Shown piece after piece: positions 9,348-17,151 of a stretch of DNA of 64,000 nucleotides. Below the pieces are notes generated by a model, which worked only from the letters and a program-made list of their open reading frames with translations, was not told the origin of the DNA and did no database searches. The translations under genes and the position numbers were made by a program. Origin of the DNA: Myxococcota bacterium. GTDB lineage: Bacteria; Myxococcota_A; Polyangia; Nannocystales; Nannocystaceae. The number at the start of each line of letters is the position of its first letter. Position 1 is the first letter of the stretch. The stretch covers positions 1 to 64,000 of the forward strand of contig JBCCWC010000011.1 in assembly GCA_039194325.1 (NCBI GenBank), read 5' to 3'.

Positions 9348-10183
9348 GCTCGCGACCGCGTCGGCGCGGAAGGAGCGGCGTGCTGTTGTCGCTGGTGATC
9401 GGGCTGGGGGTGAGCATCTCGTTCTCAGCGGCGGCGGCGGCGGCTCCCTACCAGCCCCGAAACGGCAAGGCGCGCAAGCACTTCAACGCGGCGATCGAGG
9501 CGTACCAAGCCCAGGACTACGACAAGGCGGTGGCCGAGGCCAACAAAGGGCTGGCCATCGAGGAGCACGAGTCGCTCTTGTTCGTGCTGGCGCAGTCCGA
9601 GCGTCAGCGGGGTGATTGCGTGGCCGCGGTGGAGCTCTACAGCCGGTTCGTCGAGGTGACCCAGAGCGAGGCCAATCGGGAGAACGCCCGCGAGGCCAAG
9701 GCGCTATGCGCCGAGGAACTGGCCGAAGAGGCGCGGCAAGCCCAGCTGCAAGCCGAGCTCGAGTCCCAGATCGAAGAGCTGGAGCTGGAGCCGGAGCCGG
9801 AGCCGGAGCCGAAGCCCGAGCCCGTGTCCCGACCCTGGTATCGCGACCCCCTGGGCGGCGTGCTGGTCGGCGTGGGTGGGGTGGCCGTGTTGGGCGGAGG
9901 CGCGACGCTGCTGGCGGCGGCGGTCCTCGTTCCCGGCCGGGCCCCGGACTACGGCGAATTCAAGCGGCGCCTCGATCTGCGGCCGCAGCTTCTGACGGCC
10001 GGAGGCGTCACCGCGGGTGTTGGTGTCCTGCTGGCCGCCGGAGGGGCGCTGCGCTGGGGCCTGCTGGCCCGCAAGGCCAAACAGACCCCCGGGGACACCA
10101 GCGCTCGGGTTACCGCACGGGTTACCGTGGCCCCGTGGCTGAGCGGGCCGCCTCTCGGTCTCACCCTTCACGGCCGGTTTTGA
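9344..10183 (+). CDS. Secreted TPR protein with Gly-rich hydrophobic C-terminal helices and terminal LTLHGRF
   Basis: GTGA overlap with the kinase stop (alternative GTG at 9380 after AGGAG). Signal peptide and TPR-like helices ARKHFNAAIEAYQAQDYDKA and LLFVLAQSERQRGDCVAAVELY. Confidence 0.8.
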   Translation: MSSRPRRRGRSGVLLSLVIGLGVSISFSAAAAAAPYQPRNGKARKHFNAAIEAYQAQDYDKAVAEANKGLAIEEHESLLFVLAQSERQRGDCVAAVELYSRFVEVTQSEANRENAREAKALCAEELAEEARQAQLQAELESQIEELELEPEPEPEPKPEPVSRPWYRDPLGGVLVGVGGVAVLGGGATLLAAAVLVPGRAPDYGEFKRRLDLRPQLLTAGGVTAGVGVLLAAGGALRWGLLARKAKQTPGDTSARVTARVTVAPWLSGPPLGLTLHGRF

Positions 10184-11678
10184 AGGCCGCGGCCGTGGCC
10201 CACAGCCACGGGGCGAGCAGGGGAACCAGGCTCAGCAGGCCGGGCAGACCCAGCAGCAGCCCGAGATTGGTGGCGCGCCCCGGGACCGCGGCCTCGGCCC
10301 CGCGCGCACGCGGCCAGGCGTACTCCCACACCGGGTTGCCATGCTGCGGGGCCTCGGGGGTGGCCGCGGCGCCCAGCACCATGTGGAGCCCGCCGACAGC
10401 AGCCAGCACGACGAATAGCCGCGGGCTAATGCGCCAGCCCGCCCCGGCGCCGAGCATCAGCAGGCCCAGCATCGGCACCAGGTGACGCGGGCCGTAGGCG
10501 GCCCCGCCGTCCCACATGTAATAGCCTGCGTTGAGCAGCAGGTAGAACGCGACGATGGCGAGGGCGGTGTGCATCGCCGGTCGAGGCAAGCCTTGGCCCG
10601 GGTCTTCATCGGCTCTCCCACGCAAGCTTGCCCGCGGCCACAGGCCCCACGCGGCCAGCAGCAACACCGGCGATAGATAGAACAGCCCCCGATAGCTGCC
10701 CAGCAGCAGTTGCCATAGCGCCTGGGGATCGGGGGCGTGGATCCCATAGCGGACGCGCATGCCCTCGGCGAACTCCTCGCGATAGACGAAGTCGTAGCCG
10801 GTGCTCAGCGGGTGACCAAAGGCGGCGACGTGATAGGCGGCCAGGGCCAGGGCCCACGGGATCCCCCCCAGCACGACCCGCAGCCCGAAGCTCGGGCCGT
10901 GACGCCATAAAGCCAAGCCCGTGATCATCAGCGCGGGGACGGCCGCGGGGTACTCGGTCACGACGGCGGCCCCCAGCAGCGTGCCGACCCACAGCGGCCG
11001 GCGGCCGGCAGCGAGGTCGGCGGCGGGTTCGGGATCATCCAGCGCGACCAAGGCAAAGGCCCACAAAAGCGCGCAGCCGCACAGCGCGTGGCCGTAGAAC
11101 ACGGTGGCGTAGGGGAACGCAGGGGTGGCCAGGGCGAAGGTCAGCGCCACCACCACGGCCGTGCGTGGGCAGCCGGCGGCCTGGCGTAGAGCGAGCAGGA
11201 ACACGGCCGCGGCCGCGGCCACTGTGGGCAGCACCCCGGTCAGCAGCCCGCACAGGTAGAGCGCGATCCGATGGGCGAGGTTGTAGACCAGCGCGTCGCC
11301 GGGTTGCCGGGCGTCGGGCTCGGGCACCGAGCCCTGGGGATCGAGGGGGCGGACCCGGACGTCGGGGAGCTCGCCTCCGGTGACGCGACGCAGCCCGTAC
11401 AGCAGCGCATAGGGGACGGTGGCCAGCCACGACGCCCCGGGGGCCTTGTCGCAATAGAAGTGCCCGTCGCGGTAGCTCTTGTCGCCGGTGGTGACGTGGT
11501 AGCGATCGATGACGGTGGTGCGCTGCTCCACCAGCGCACGGGTCAGCGCGAGCCGTGAGTTCTGGTTCCACGCCGGCTGACCCACGAAGTAGCCGTAGGT
11601 CAGCGTGAGGGCGACGCCCAGCGGCAACAGCCGGGCGCGGTGCTCCGCGAGCGGGGCGAGCAGGCCAGGCGAGCTCAC
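10161..11678 (-). CDS. Polytopic membrane protein, GT-C-like
   Basis: GTG at 11678 overlaps the upstream kinase stop. WNQNSRLALTRALVE...DKAPG, many TM helices, GLFYLSPVLL and WDGGAAYGPRHLVP. Confidence 0.7.
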   Translation of the reverse strand: MSSPGLLAPLAEHRARLLPLGVALTLTYGYFVGQPAWNQNSRLALTRALVEQRTTVIDRYHVTTGDKSYRDGHFYCDKAPGASWLATVPYALLYGLRRVTGGELPDVRVRPLDPQGSVPEPDARQPGDALVYNLAHRIALYLCGLLTGVLPTVAAAAAVFLLALRQAAGCPRTAVVVALTFALATPAFPYATVFYGHALCGCALLWAFALVALDDPEPAADLAAGRRPLWVGTLLGAAVVTEYPAAVPALMITGLALWRHGPSFGLRVVLGGIPWALALAAYHVAAFGHPLSTGYDFVYREEFAEGMRVRYGIHAPDPQALWQLLLGSYRGLFYLSPVLLLAAWGLWPRASLRGRADEDPGQGLPRPAMHTALAIVAFYLLLNAGYYMWDGGAAYGPRHLVPMLGLLMLGAGAGWRISPRLFVVLAAVGGLHMVLGAAATPEAPQHGNPVWEYAWPRARGAEAAVPGRATNLGLLLGLPGLLSLVPLLAPWLWATAAAFKTGREG

Positions 11679-12646
11679 GAGGTCGGGACGGCCTGGGTCA
11701 CCAATGCCGCCAGGGCCTGCCGGGATTGCTCGGCGACCTTGGCCTCGGGCGCTTGGGCCAGGCGCTGGAGCATCTGGTAGGCGTCTTTGTAGCGGCGGGC
11801 CGGATCGCGGTCGAGGTTCTTGCGAACGATCTCGCTGAGCTTGGGCGACAGGCCGGAGACCCGACGGCTGGGCTGGCTGATGTCGAAGCGCTCGATCGCC
11901 TCGCGGGTGGCCGCGTCGTCGGCGCCCTGGAACAGCCGTTCGCCTCGCAGGCACTCCCAAAGCAGCGACGCCATGCCGAACAGATCGGTCTTGGGGTTGG
12001 CGTGGGCCCCCGCCGGGAGGCGCTCGGGGGCCATGTACGCCAGCGTGCCGGCAGCCGGTTCGTCGTGCTCGGCGGGGAGCCACTGGCTGGTGGTCACCAT
12101 GAAGTCGTAGAGGATCACGTCGCCGCGGCGGCTGACCCACACGTTGCGTGGGCACAGGTCGCGGTGCACCACGCCCAGGGCGGTGGGCTCGCCTGCTTCG
12201 AGGTATTCGAGGGTGTGGACGTGCCGCAGTGCATCGACCAGCTGGCCCATCACGTAGACCGCGATCTCCTTGGTGATCGATCGCGGCTGTCCCGTGTCGT
12301 GCCCCAGCAAGGTGGCCAGGCTCACCCCGTCGACGCGGTCCAGGACCATGTAGGGCACGCCGTCTTGATCGCCCGAGGCGTGCAGCGTGGGAATGCAGGG
12401 GTGGTTGAAGCTCTTGAGCAGCCGGATCTCGTGCTCGAACTGCCCGCGGCGCAGGGGCGCGTCGGCCCCTCGCCCGGCATCGAGTAGCTTGGCCAGGTAG
12501 CCCGGAGCCTCTCCGCCGGGCTCGTGTTCAGGCCGGGCGGTCCCCCCAGGCTCGTCTTCGTGCCGGGCGGTGTAGTACCGGGCATACGGGCTGGGGCCCG
12601 ACACGTCGTCCAGCAGTCGATATCGACCCAGGCCTCGCAGCTCCAT
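11675..12646 (-). CDS. Soluble Ser/Thr kinase-like protein, degenerate (possible pseudokinase)
   Basis: LAKLL, FEHEIRLL, HRDLCPRN and GTLAYMAPE are present. There is no Gly-rich loop, and DFG is replaced by DFM. Confidence 0.85.
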   Translation of the reverse strand: MELRGLGRYRLLDDVSGPSPYARYYTARHEDEPGGTARPEHEPGGEAPGYLAKLLDAGRGADAPLRRGQFEHEIRLLKSFNHPCIPTLHASGDQDGVPYMVLDRVDGVSLATLLGHDTGQPRSITKEIAVYVMGQLVDALRHVHTLEYLEAGEPTALGVVHRDLCPRNVWVSRRGDVILYDFMVTTSQWLPAEHDEPAAGTLAYMAPERLPAGAHANPKTDLFGMASLLWECLRGERLFQGADDAATREAIERFDISQPSRRVSGLSPKLSEIVRKNLDRDPARRYKDAYQMLQRLAQAPEAKVAEQSRQALAALVTQAVPTS

Positions 12647-12686
12647 GGGGATGCAGTGTGCATGCCGGGGATCGGGCTGTCCAGGC

Positions 12687-12730
12687 GGGGAGGAGGCGGG
12701 GAGGAGGCAGGGAGGAGGCGGGGAGGAGGC
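12687..12730. repeat. Intergenic tandem repeat, 11-bp unit GGGGAGGAGGC x4, in a divergent promoter region
   Basis: Read directly; the third copy begins AGGG. Confidence 0.9.
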
Positions 12731-12785
12731 GCCGAGATCGCCCCTACTGCCGAGATCGCTTTGCCGCTACCGCGCCAACGCAGGT

Positions 12786-14117
12786 ATGGTCGCGGTCGTG
12801 ACGTCGGGTCAGCGTCGTCCCGTGGTGATCCTGGGCGCCGGCCTGACGGGGCTGTCGACCGCGTTGCACCTGCGGGGCCGCCCCTATCTGGTGGTCGAGC
12901 GCGAGCAACGCGTAGGGGGCAAGGCCCGGAGCGAGCGTCGGGACGGCTACACCTTCGACATCACCGGTCACTGGCTCCATCTACGCGACGATCGGGTACG
13001 GGCGCTGGTCGGCGATCTATTTCCACCGGGCCAGCTGGTGGAGATCGAGCGGCGAACTGGGGTCTACACCCACGGGGTCATGTTGCCCTATCCCTTTCAA
13101 GCCAACCTGCACGGGCTGTCGCCGCCCGTGGTCCGAGATTGCATGGTCGACTTCATCCGGGCGCAGATCGAGGCGGCGCGCCCGGACGCGCCGCCGCCCC
13201 GCAGCTTCCGTGAATTCGTGGAGCGGCGATTCGGTCGCGGGATCGCCGAGCTGTTCTTCGTGCCCTACAACACCAAGCTGTGGGGGGTGGGCCCCGACGA
13301 GCTCACGCCCGATTGGGGCTCGCGGTTCATCCCATTGCCACAGATTGAGCAGGTGGTGGGCGGGGCCCTTGGCCTGCGCCAGGACGGCCTGGGCTATAAC
13401 GCCCGGTTCTTGTACCCCCGCGCCGGCGGGATCGATCACCTCCCCGAGGCCATGGCGGCCCGGCTGCGGGGTCGAGCGGCCGAGGCGATCGCGGTCGACT
13501 GCGCGGCCGAGGAGATCGACGTGCAGGCGCGTCGGATCAAGATCTCGGGGCGGCCCGACTGGCTCGACTATGACGCGCTGATCTCCACGATCCCGCTGCC
13601 GCAGCTGGTGGCCCGGATCCGGGGGGTCCCCGAGTCGGTGCGCCAGGCCGCGGCCGCGCTGCGCTGGGTGTCGTGGCGCTACCTCGACGTCGCGACCCGG
13701 CGGGCCCCCCCCATCGAGGAGCACTGGGTCTACGTGCCTGAGCTGCAGATCCCCTTCTTTCGCGTGGGGATCTACAGCAACGCCTTGCCGGCCATGGCTC
13801 CGCCGGGGGCGGGGGCGCTCTACGTCGAGCTGGCCGATCGCCAGGGGCGCCCCGACCTGCCCGCCATCGTCCAGCACCTGCACCGGATGGGCGCGCTGGT
13901 CAGCCCCGACGACGTGGTCTTCGCCGAGGTGCGGGAGGTGGAGTGCGCCTACGTGCTGTTCGACGACGCCTGCGCCGAGGCCACGGCAACGGTCCACCGC
14001 TGGCTCGATCGGGTGGGGGCGGTGCGCTCGTGCGGTCGCTACGGCGCGTGGATCTACAACTCGATGGAAGATTGCATCATCCAGGGTATGGAGGCAGCGG
14101 CGTGGGTCGGCACATGA
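12786..14117 (+). CDS. FAD-dependent oxidoreductase, protoporphyrinogen oxidase / UDP-galactopyranose mutase-like family
   Basis: VILGAGLTGLS Rossmann motif, VGGKARS, GYTFDITGHWLH, FFVPYNTKLWG and GRYGAWIYNSMEDCI. Confidence 0.8.
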   Translation: MVAVVTSGQRRPVVILGAGLTGLSTALHLRGRPYLVVEREQRVGGKARSERRDGYTFDITGHWLHLRDDRVRALVGDLFPPGQLVEIERRTGVYTHGVMLPYPFQANLHGLSPPVVRDCMVDFIRAQIEAARPDAPPPRSFREFVERRFGRGIAELFFVPYNTKLWGVGPDELTPDWGSRFIPLPQIEQVVGGALGLRQDGLGYNARFLYPRAGGIDHLPEAMAARLRGRAAEAIAVDCAAEEIDVQARRIKISGRPDWLDYDALISTIPLPQLVARIRGVPESVRQAAAALRWVSWRYLDVATRRAPPIEEHWVYVPELQIPFFRVGIYSNALPAMAPPGAGALYVELADRQGRPDLPAIVQHLHRMGALVSPDDVVFAEVREVECAYVLFDDACAEATATVHRWLDRVGAVRSCGRYGAWIYNSMEDCIIQGMEAAAWVGT

Positions 14118-15013
14118 GCGAGCAGGAGGGGGCGGCGCCCGCCGAGGCGCCCGAGCTGTCGGTGGTGATCCCGGTGTACAACGAAGAGGCGATCCTCGAG
14201 CGCAGCGTCGTCGAGCTGTGCGAGGGCCTGGACGGGCACGGGCTGCACTACGAGATCATCCTGGCCGAGAACGGCAGCCGAGATCGAACGGTAGAGCAGG
14301 GCGAGCGGCTGTGCGCGGAGCGGTCGCGGGTGCGGATCTTTTCGTACCCCGAGCCCAACTACGGGGGCGCCCTGCGTGAGGGGATCTTCCGAGCGCGGGG
14401 GCGCTTTGTGATCTGCGAGGAGATCGATCTGTGCGACGTGGACTTCCACTGGCGTGCGCTCGAGGTGCTACGGCGGGGCGAGGCCGATGTGGTCATCGGC
14501 TCCAAGGCGATGCGGGGGGCCGACGACACCCGGCCGCTCTTTCGTCGGATGGCCACCCGCGTCTACAACCGCGTGCTGCGGGTGACCCTGGGCTTTTCGG
14601 GGACCGATACGCATGGGCTCAAGGCGCTGCGTCGCGACGCGATCCTGCCCGTGGCTGCGCGCTGTGTGGTGGAATACGACGTGTTTGCCAGCGAGCTGGT
14701 GATCCGGGCCGAGCGCAGCGGTCTGCGGGTGCACGAGCTGCCGGTCACCATCGAGGAGAAGCGAGCTCCGTCGATCCATCTGGTACGACGGGTGCCCCGG
14801 GTGCTACGCAACCTGGCTCGGCTGATGGTCTCGATCCATCTGTCTTCGCCGGTGGCCTCTGACGGGCCGCCTCATGTGTCCTTCGCGGGTTCCTCTTGTG
14901 ATCCACCGGATCCGCTGGCGGATCCCTCTGCCGATCCACTCACCGATCCACTCGCCGATCCACTCACCGATCCACTCACCGATCCACTCACCGATCCACC
15001 TGCCGAGTCATGA
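14114..15013 (+). CDS. GT2 glycosyltransferase (polyprenol-phosphate sugar synthase, DPM1-like)
   Basis: LSVVIPVYNEE, ENGSRDRT, NYGGALREG, EID (DxD position), DVVIGS and DTHGLKAL. ATGA overlap with the upstream gene. Confidence 0.88.
   Translation: MSEQEGAAPAEAPELSVVIPVYNEEAILERSVVELCEGLDGHGLHYEIILAENGSRDRTVEQGERLCAERSRVRIFSYPEPNYGGALREGIFRARGRFVICEEIDLCDVDFHWRALEVLRRGEADVVIGSKAMRGADDTRPLFRRMATRVYNRVLRVTLGFSGTDTHGLKALRRDAILPVAARCVVEYDVFASELVIRAERSGLRVHELPVTIEEKRAPSIHLVRRVPRVLRNLARLMVSIHLSSPVASDGPPHVSFAGSSCDPPDPLADPSADPLTDPLADPLTDPLTDPLTDPPAES
14909..15004. repeat. Coding tandem repeat, 12-bp unit GATCCACTCACC (DPLT-like) x8, in the GT2 C-terminal tail
   Basis: Read directly from the sequence. 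Confidence 0.9.
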
Positions 15014-15909
15014 GCCGTCCCGCTACGCTGGTGAGCGTCGATCTGGATGATCTGCCCTGCTATCACGCGATCCACGGGCTCGCGCCGCCGTCCGCCGAGC
15101 ACCGCGGGATGAGCCTGCGCGTGTGGTTGCCCCGCTTCCTCGAGTTGTTCGACCGGCTGGGAGTGCGCGCCACCTTCTTCGTGATCGGCCGCGATCTCGT
15201 GCACGACATGGAGGGGACGGGGCAGGGGGCTGAGCTGCTGCGCCGAGCCGTTGCGGAGGGACACGAGCTGGGCAACCACAGCTTTGCCCACGCCTATGAT
15301 CTGGTGCGCTGGCCCGCGGCACGGCAGCGCGAGGATCTAGCCGCGTGCGACGCAGCGCTGCGCGAGCTGTCGGCCGAGGTGGTGGGCTTCCGAGCCCCCG
15401 GCTACACCCACGACGCGCGCCTCTTGTCGCACGCGGTCGCGCTGGGCTACCGCTACGACAGCTCGTGCTTGCCCTCGCCGCCGTACTACCTGGCCAAGCT
15501 GGCCGCGATGGGGGCCATGCGGCTTCGCGGTCGACGCTCGTCATCGCTGGCTCTTGGAGCCGCCTCGTTCTTCGGGCCGCGTGAGCCCTATCGCCGCCGC
15601 GACGTGGAGCTCTTGGAGCTGCCGATGTCCGTGTGGCCGGGGTGGCGATGGCCGCTTATCGGTACCTCCTTGCTGGCCATGCCCGCGCCACTGGGCGGCC
15701 CGCTACGTCGGACGGCGCTGCGACTGCCCCATTTCCATCTCGAGCTGCACGCTATCGATCTGGCCGACCCGGATCGCGAGCCCATCGCGCGCGATCTCGT
15801 TCAACGGCAACCAGAGCTCCGGCAGCCCTGGCGGGTTCGCTACGAGCGATTGCGCGAGCTGCTGGCGCTCAGAGGCGATGGGAGGCCGCTGCGCGAAGCG
15901 GTGACATGA
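15010..15909 (+). CDS. Polysaccharide deacetylase family protein (CE4/NodB fold)
   Basis: SVDLDD, RATFFVIG, GHELGNHSFAH, GFRAPGY and YRYDSS. ATGA overlap with GT2. Confidence 0.88.
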   Translation: MSRPATLVSVDLDDLPCYHAIHGLAPPSAEHRGMSLRVWLPRFLELFDRLGVRATFFVIGRDLVHDMEGTGQGAELLRRAVAEGHELGNHSFAHAYDLVRWPAARQREDLAACDAALRELSAEVVGFRAPGYTHDARLLSHAVALGYRYDSSCLPSPPYYLAKLAAMGAMRLRGRRSSSLALGAASFFGPREPYRRRDVELLELPMSVWPGWRWPLIGTSLLAMPAPLGGPLRRTALRLPHFHLELHAIDLADPDREPIARDLVQRQPELRQPWRVRYERLRELLALRGDGRPLREAVT

Positions 15910-16151
15910 GCGCCGCGGGACGCGAGCCGGCCCGACGTCCATCATGTGAGCCGAAGCGGGGTGAGCCGAAGTGGGGTGAGCCGAAGCGGGGTGAGCCGAA
16001 GTGGGGTGAGCCGAAGTGGGGTGAGCCGAAGTGGGGTGAGCCGAAGTGGGGTGAGCCGAAGTGGGGTGAGCCGACGCGGGAGTCACCACGGCCGCGAGAC
16101 GTAGTGGCCAGTGGCGTGAGTCCACGCCGATCAGCAGTGCAGGATCGATGA
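15906..16151 (+). CDS. Possible 81-aa repeat peptide, (EPK[W/R]G)n
   Basis: ATGA overlap with the deacetylase stop; the frame reads through the 15-bp array. Confidence 0.3.
   Translation: MSAAGREPARRPSCEPKRGEPKWGEPKRGEPKWGEPKWGEPKWGEPKWGEPKWGEPTRESPRPRDVVASGVSPRRSAVQDR
15946..16080. repeat. Tandem repeat, 15-bp unit GTGAGCCGAAG(T/C)GGG x9
   Basis: Nine head-to-tail copies with no spacers; the last copy is degenerate. Confidence 0.95.
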
Positions 16152-16285
16152 CAGACGGCTGGGGGGCCGCGGTCGTCGAACGTGTTCGCTCACGAGCCAT
16201 GAGCGTCGAGTGTACCGAGCAGCGGCGATGCGCTCGGCGGTCATGCTCCTCGCGCTGATGTGCTTGGCGGTCATGCGCTCGGTGG

Positions 16286-16993
16286 TCAGGCACTCGGCCG
16301 TCGCCGTCGAACGCGAGGCTCGGACGAGGCTTCGCGACGGGTCGCCTGCGTGGCCAAACGATCGGCTTCCTCGTTGCCTTCGTTGCCCGCATGTCCCCGC
16401 ACCTTGAGCAACTCCAGCCGAGGAAAACGGGCCATCTGCTCCCGAATTTTTTCGATCAGCTCGACGTTGGCCTTGGCCTTCCAGCCGCCGATCAGCACGC
16501 CCAGGCTCCACCCACTGTCCGTATAGAGATGGATCAGCCGCTCCTTGTCGTCGTCTTCGAGAGTCTCGAGCGCGCGCAAGATCGCGGTGAGTTCGGCGAT
16601 GTTGTTGGTCCCGCTGCCGAGGTATTCCGACAGCTCGACGGTACGGTCGGGTCGCTGGAGCAGGACGCCGATCCCCGCCGGGCCCGGGTTCCCCGAGCAT
16701 GCGCCGTCGGTATAGATAACGATCGTGTCAGCGTCGGCAGGTGTCGTGGGTGTCTCGCGTAGCGCAGCCGTCGCCGCGGCGGCGCCCCCCGAGCTCCCAC
16801 TCATCTCACTGTCGGCGACGATTTCGTCCTCGCCCTCGATGGGGGTGATGCCATCGGGCGACGCCTTGTAGGATTTGCGGGCTCCCAGCTTGTAGCGCAG
16901 CTCGACCCGGCCCCGGTGCACGATGGGCTTACCCGTTGGAAGCACGCGTACGTACACCGTTTGTCCTTTGAATTCGTACTTTTTCCAGGGCAT
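16286..16993 (-). CDS. rnhA: Ribonuclease HI with an N-terminal basic extension domain
   Basis: IVIYTDGACSGNPGPAG, TNNIAEL, YTDS and KVRGHAGNEGNEEADRLA. Confidence 0.92.
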   Translation of the reverse strand: MPWKKYEFKGQTVYVRVLPTGKPIVHRGRVELRYKLGARKSYKASPDGITPIEGEDEIVADSEMSGSSGGAAAATAALRETPTTPADADTIVIYTDGACSGNPGPAGIGVLLQRPDRTVELSEYLGSGTNNIAELTAILRALETLEDDDKERLIHLYTDSGWSLGVLIGGWKAKANVELIEKIREQMARFPRLELLKVRGHAGNEGNEEADRLATQATRREASSEPRVRRRRPSA

Positions 16994-17151
16994 CGAACGG
17001 ATCGGACCCTACCGCCCGCAACCGAGCGAGCCAAGGACCGTCTGTCGTGTGGTCGGCCACGACGGCCGCGCCCCCCACCACCAAGGAAACCGACATGTCC
17101 CGACTTTTTTCGGCTTGCACCGCCCTGACCCGTCGTGTACGAACCCCCGCT

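Noticed and set aside
11679..12155. N-terminal extension of the 664-aa membrane ORF
   Set aside because: It overlaps the kinase in another frame; the GTG at 11678 gives a clean coupled start.
12786..14117. hemY/hemG heme biosynthesis gene
   Set aside because: There are no hem genes nearby, and it is coupled to GT2 and a deacetylase, so a sugar-pathway role fits better.
15946..16080. CRISPR array
   Set aside because: Head-to-tail 15-bp units with no unique spacers and no cas genes in the window. The same applies to the arrays at 7113, 31172 and 41024.
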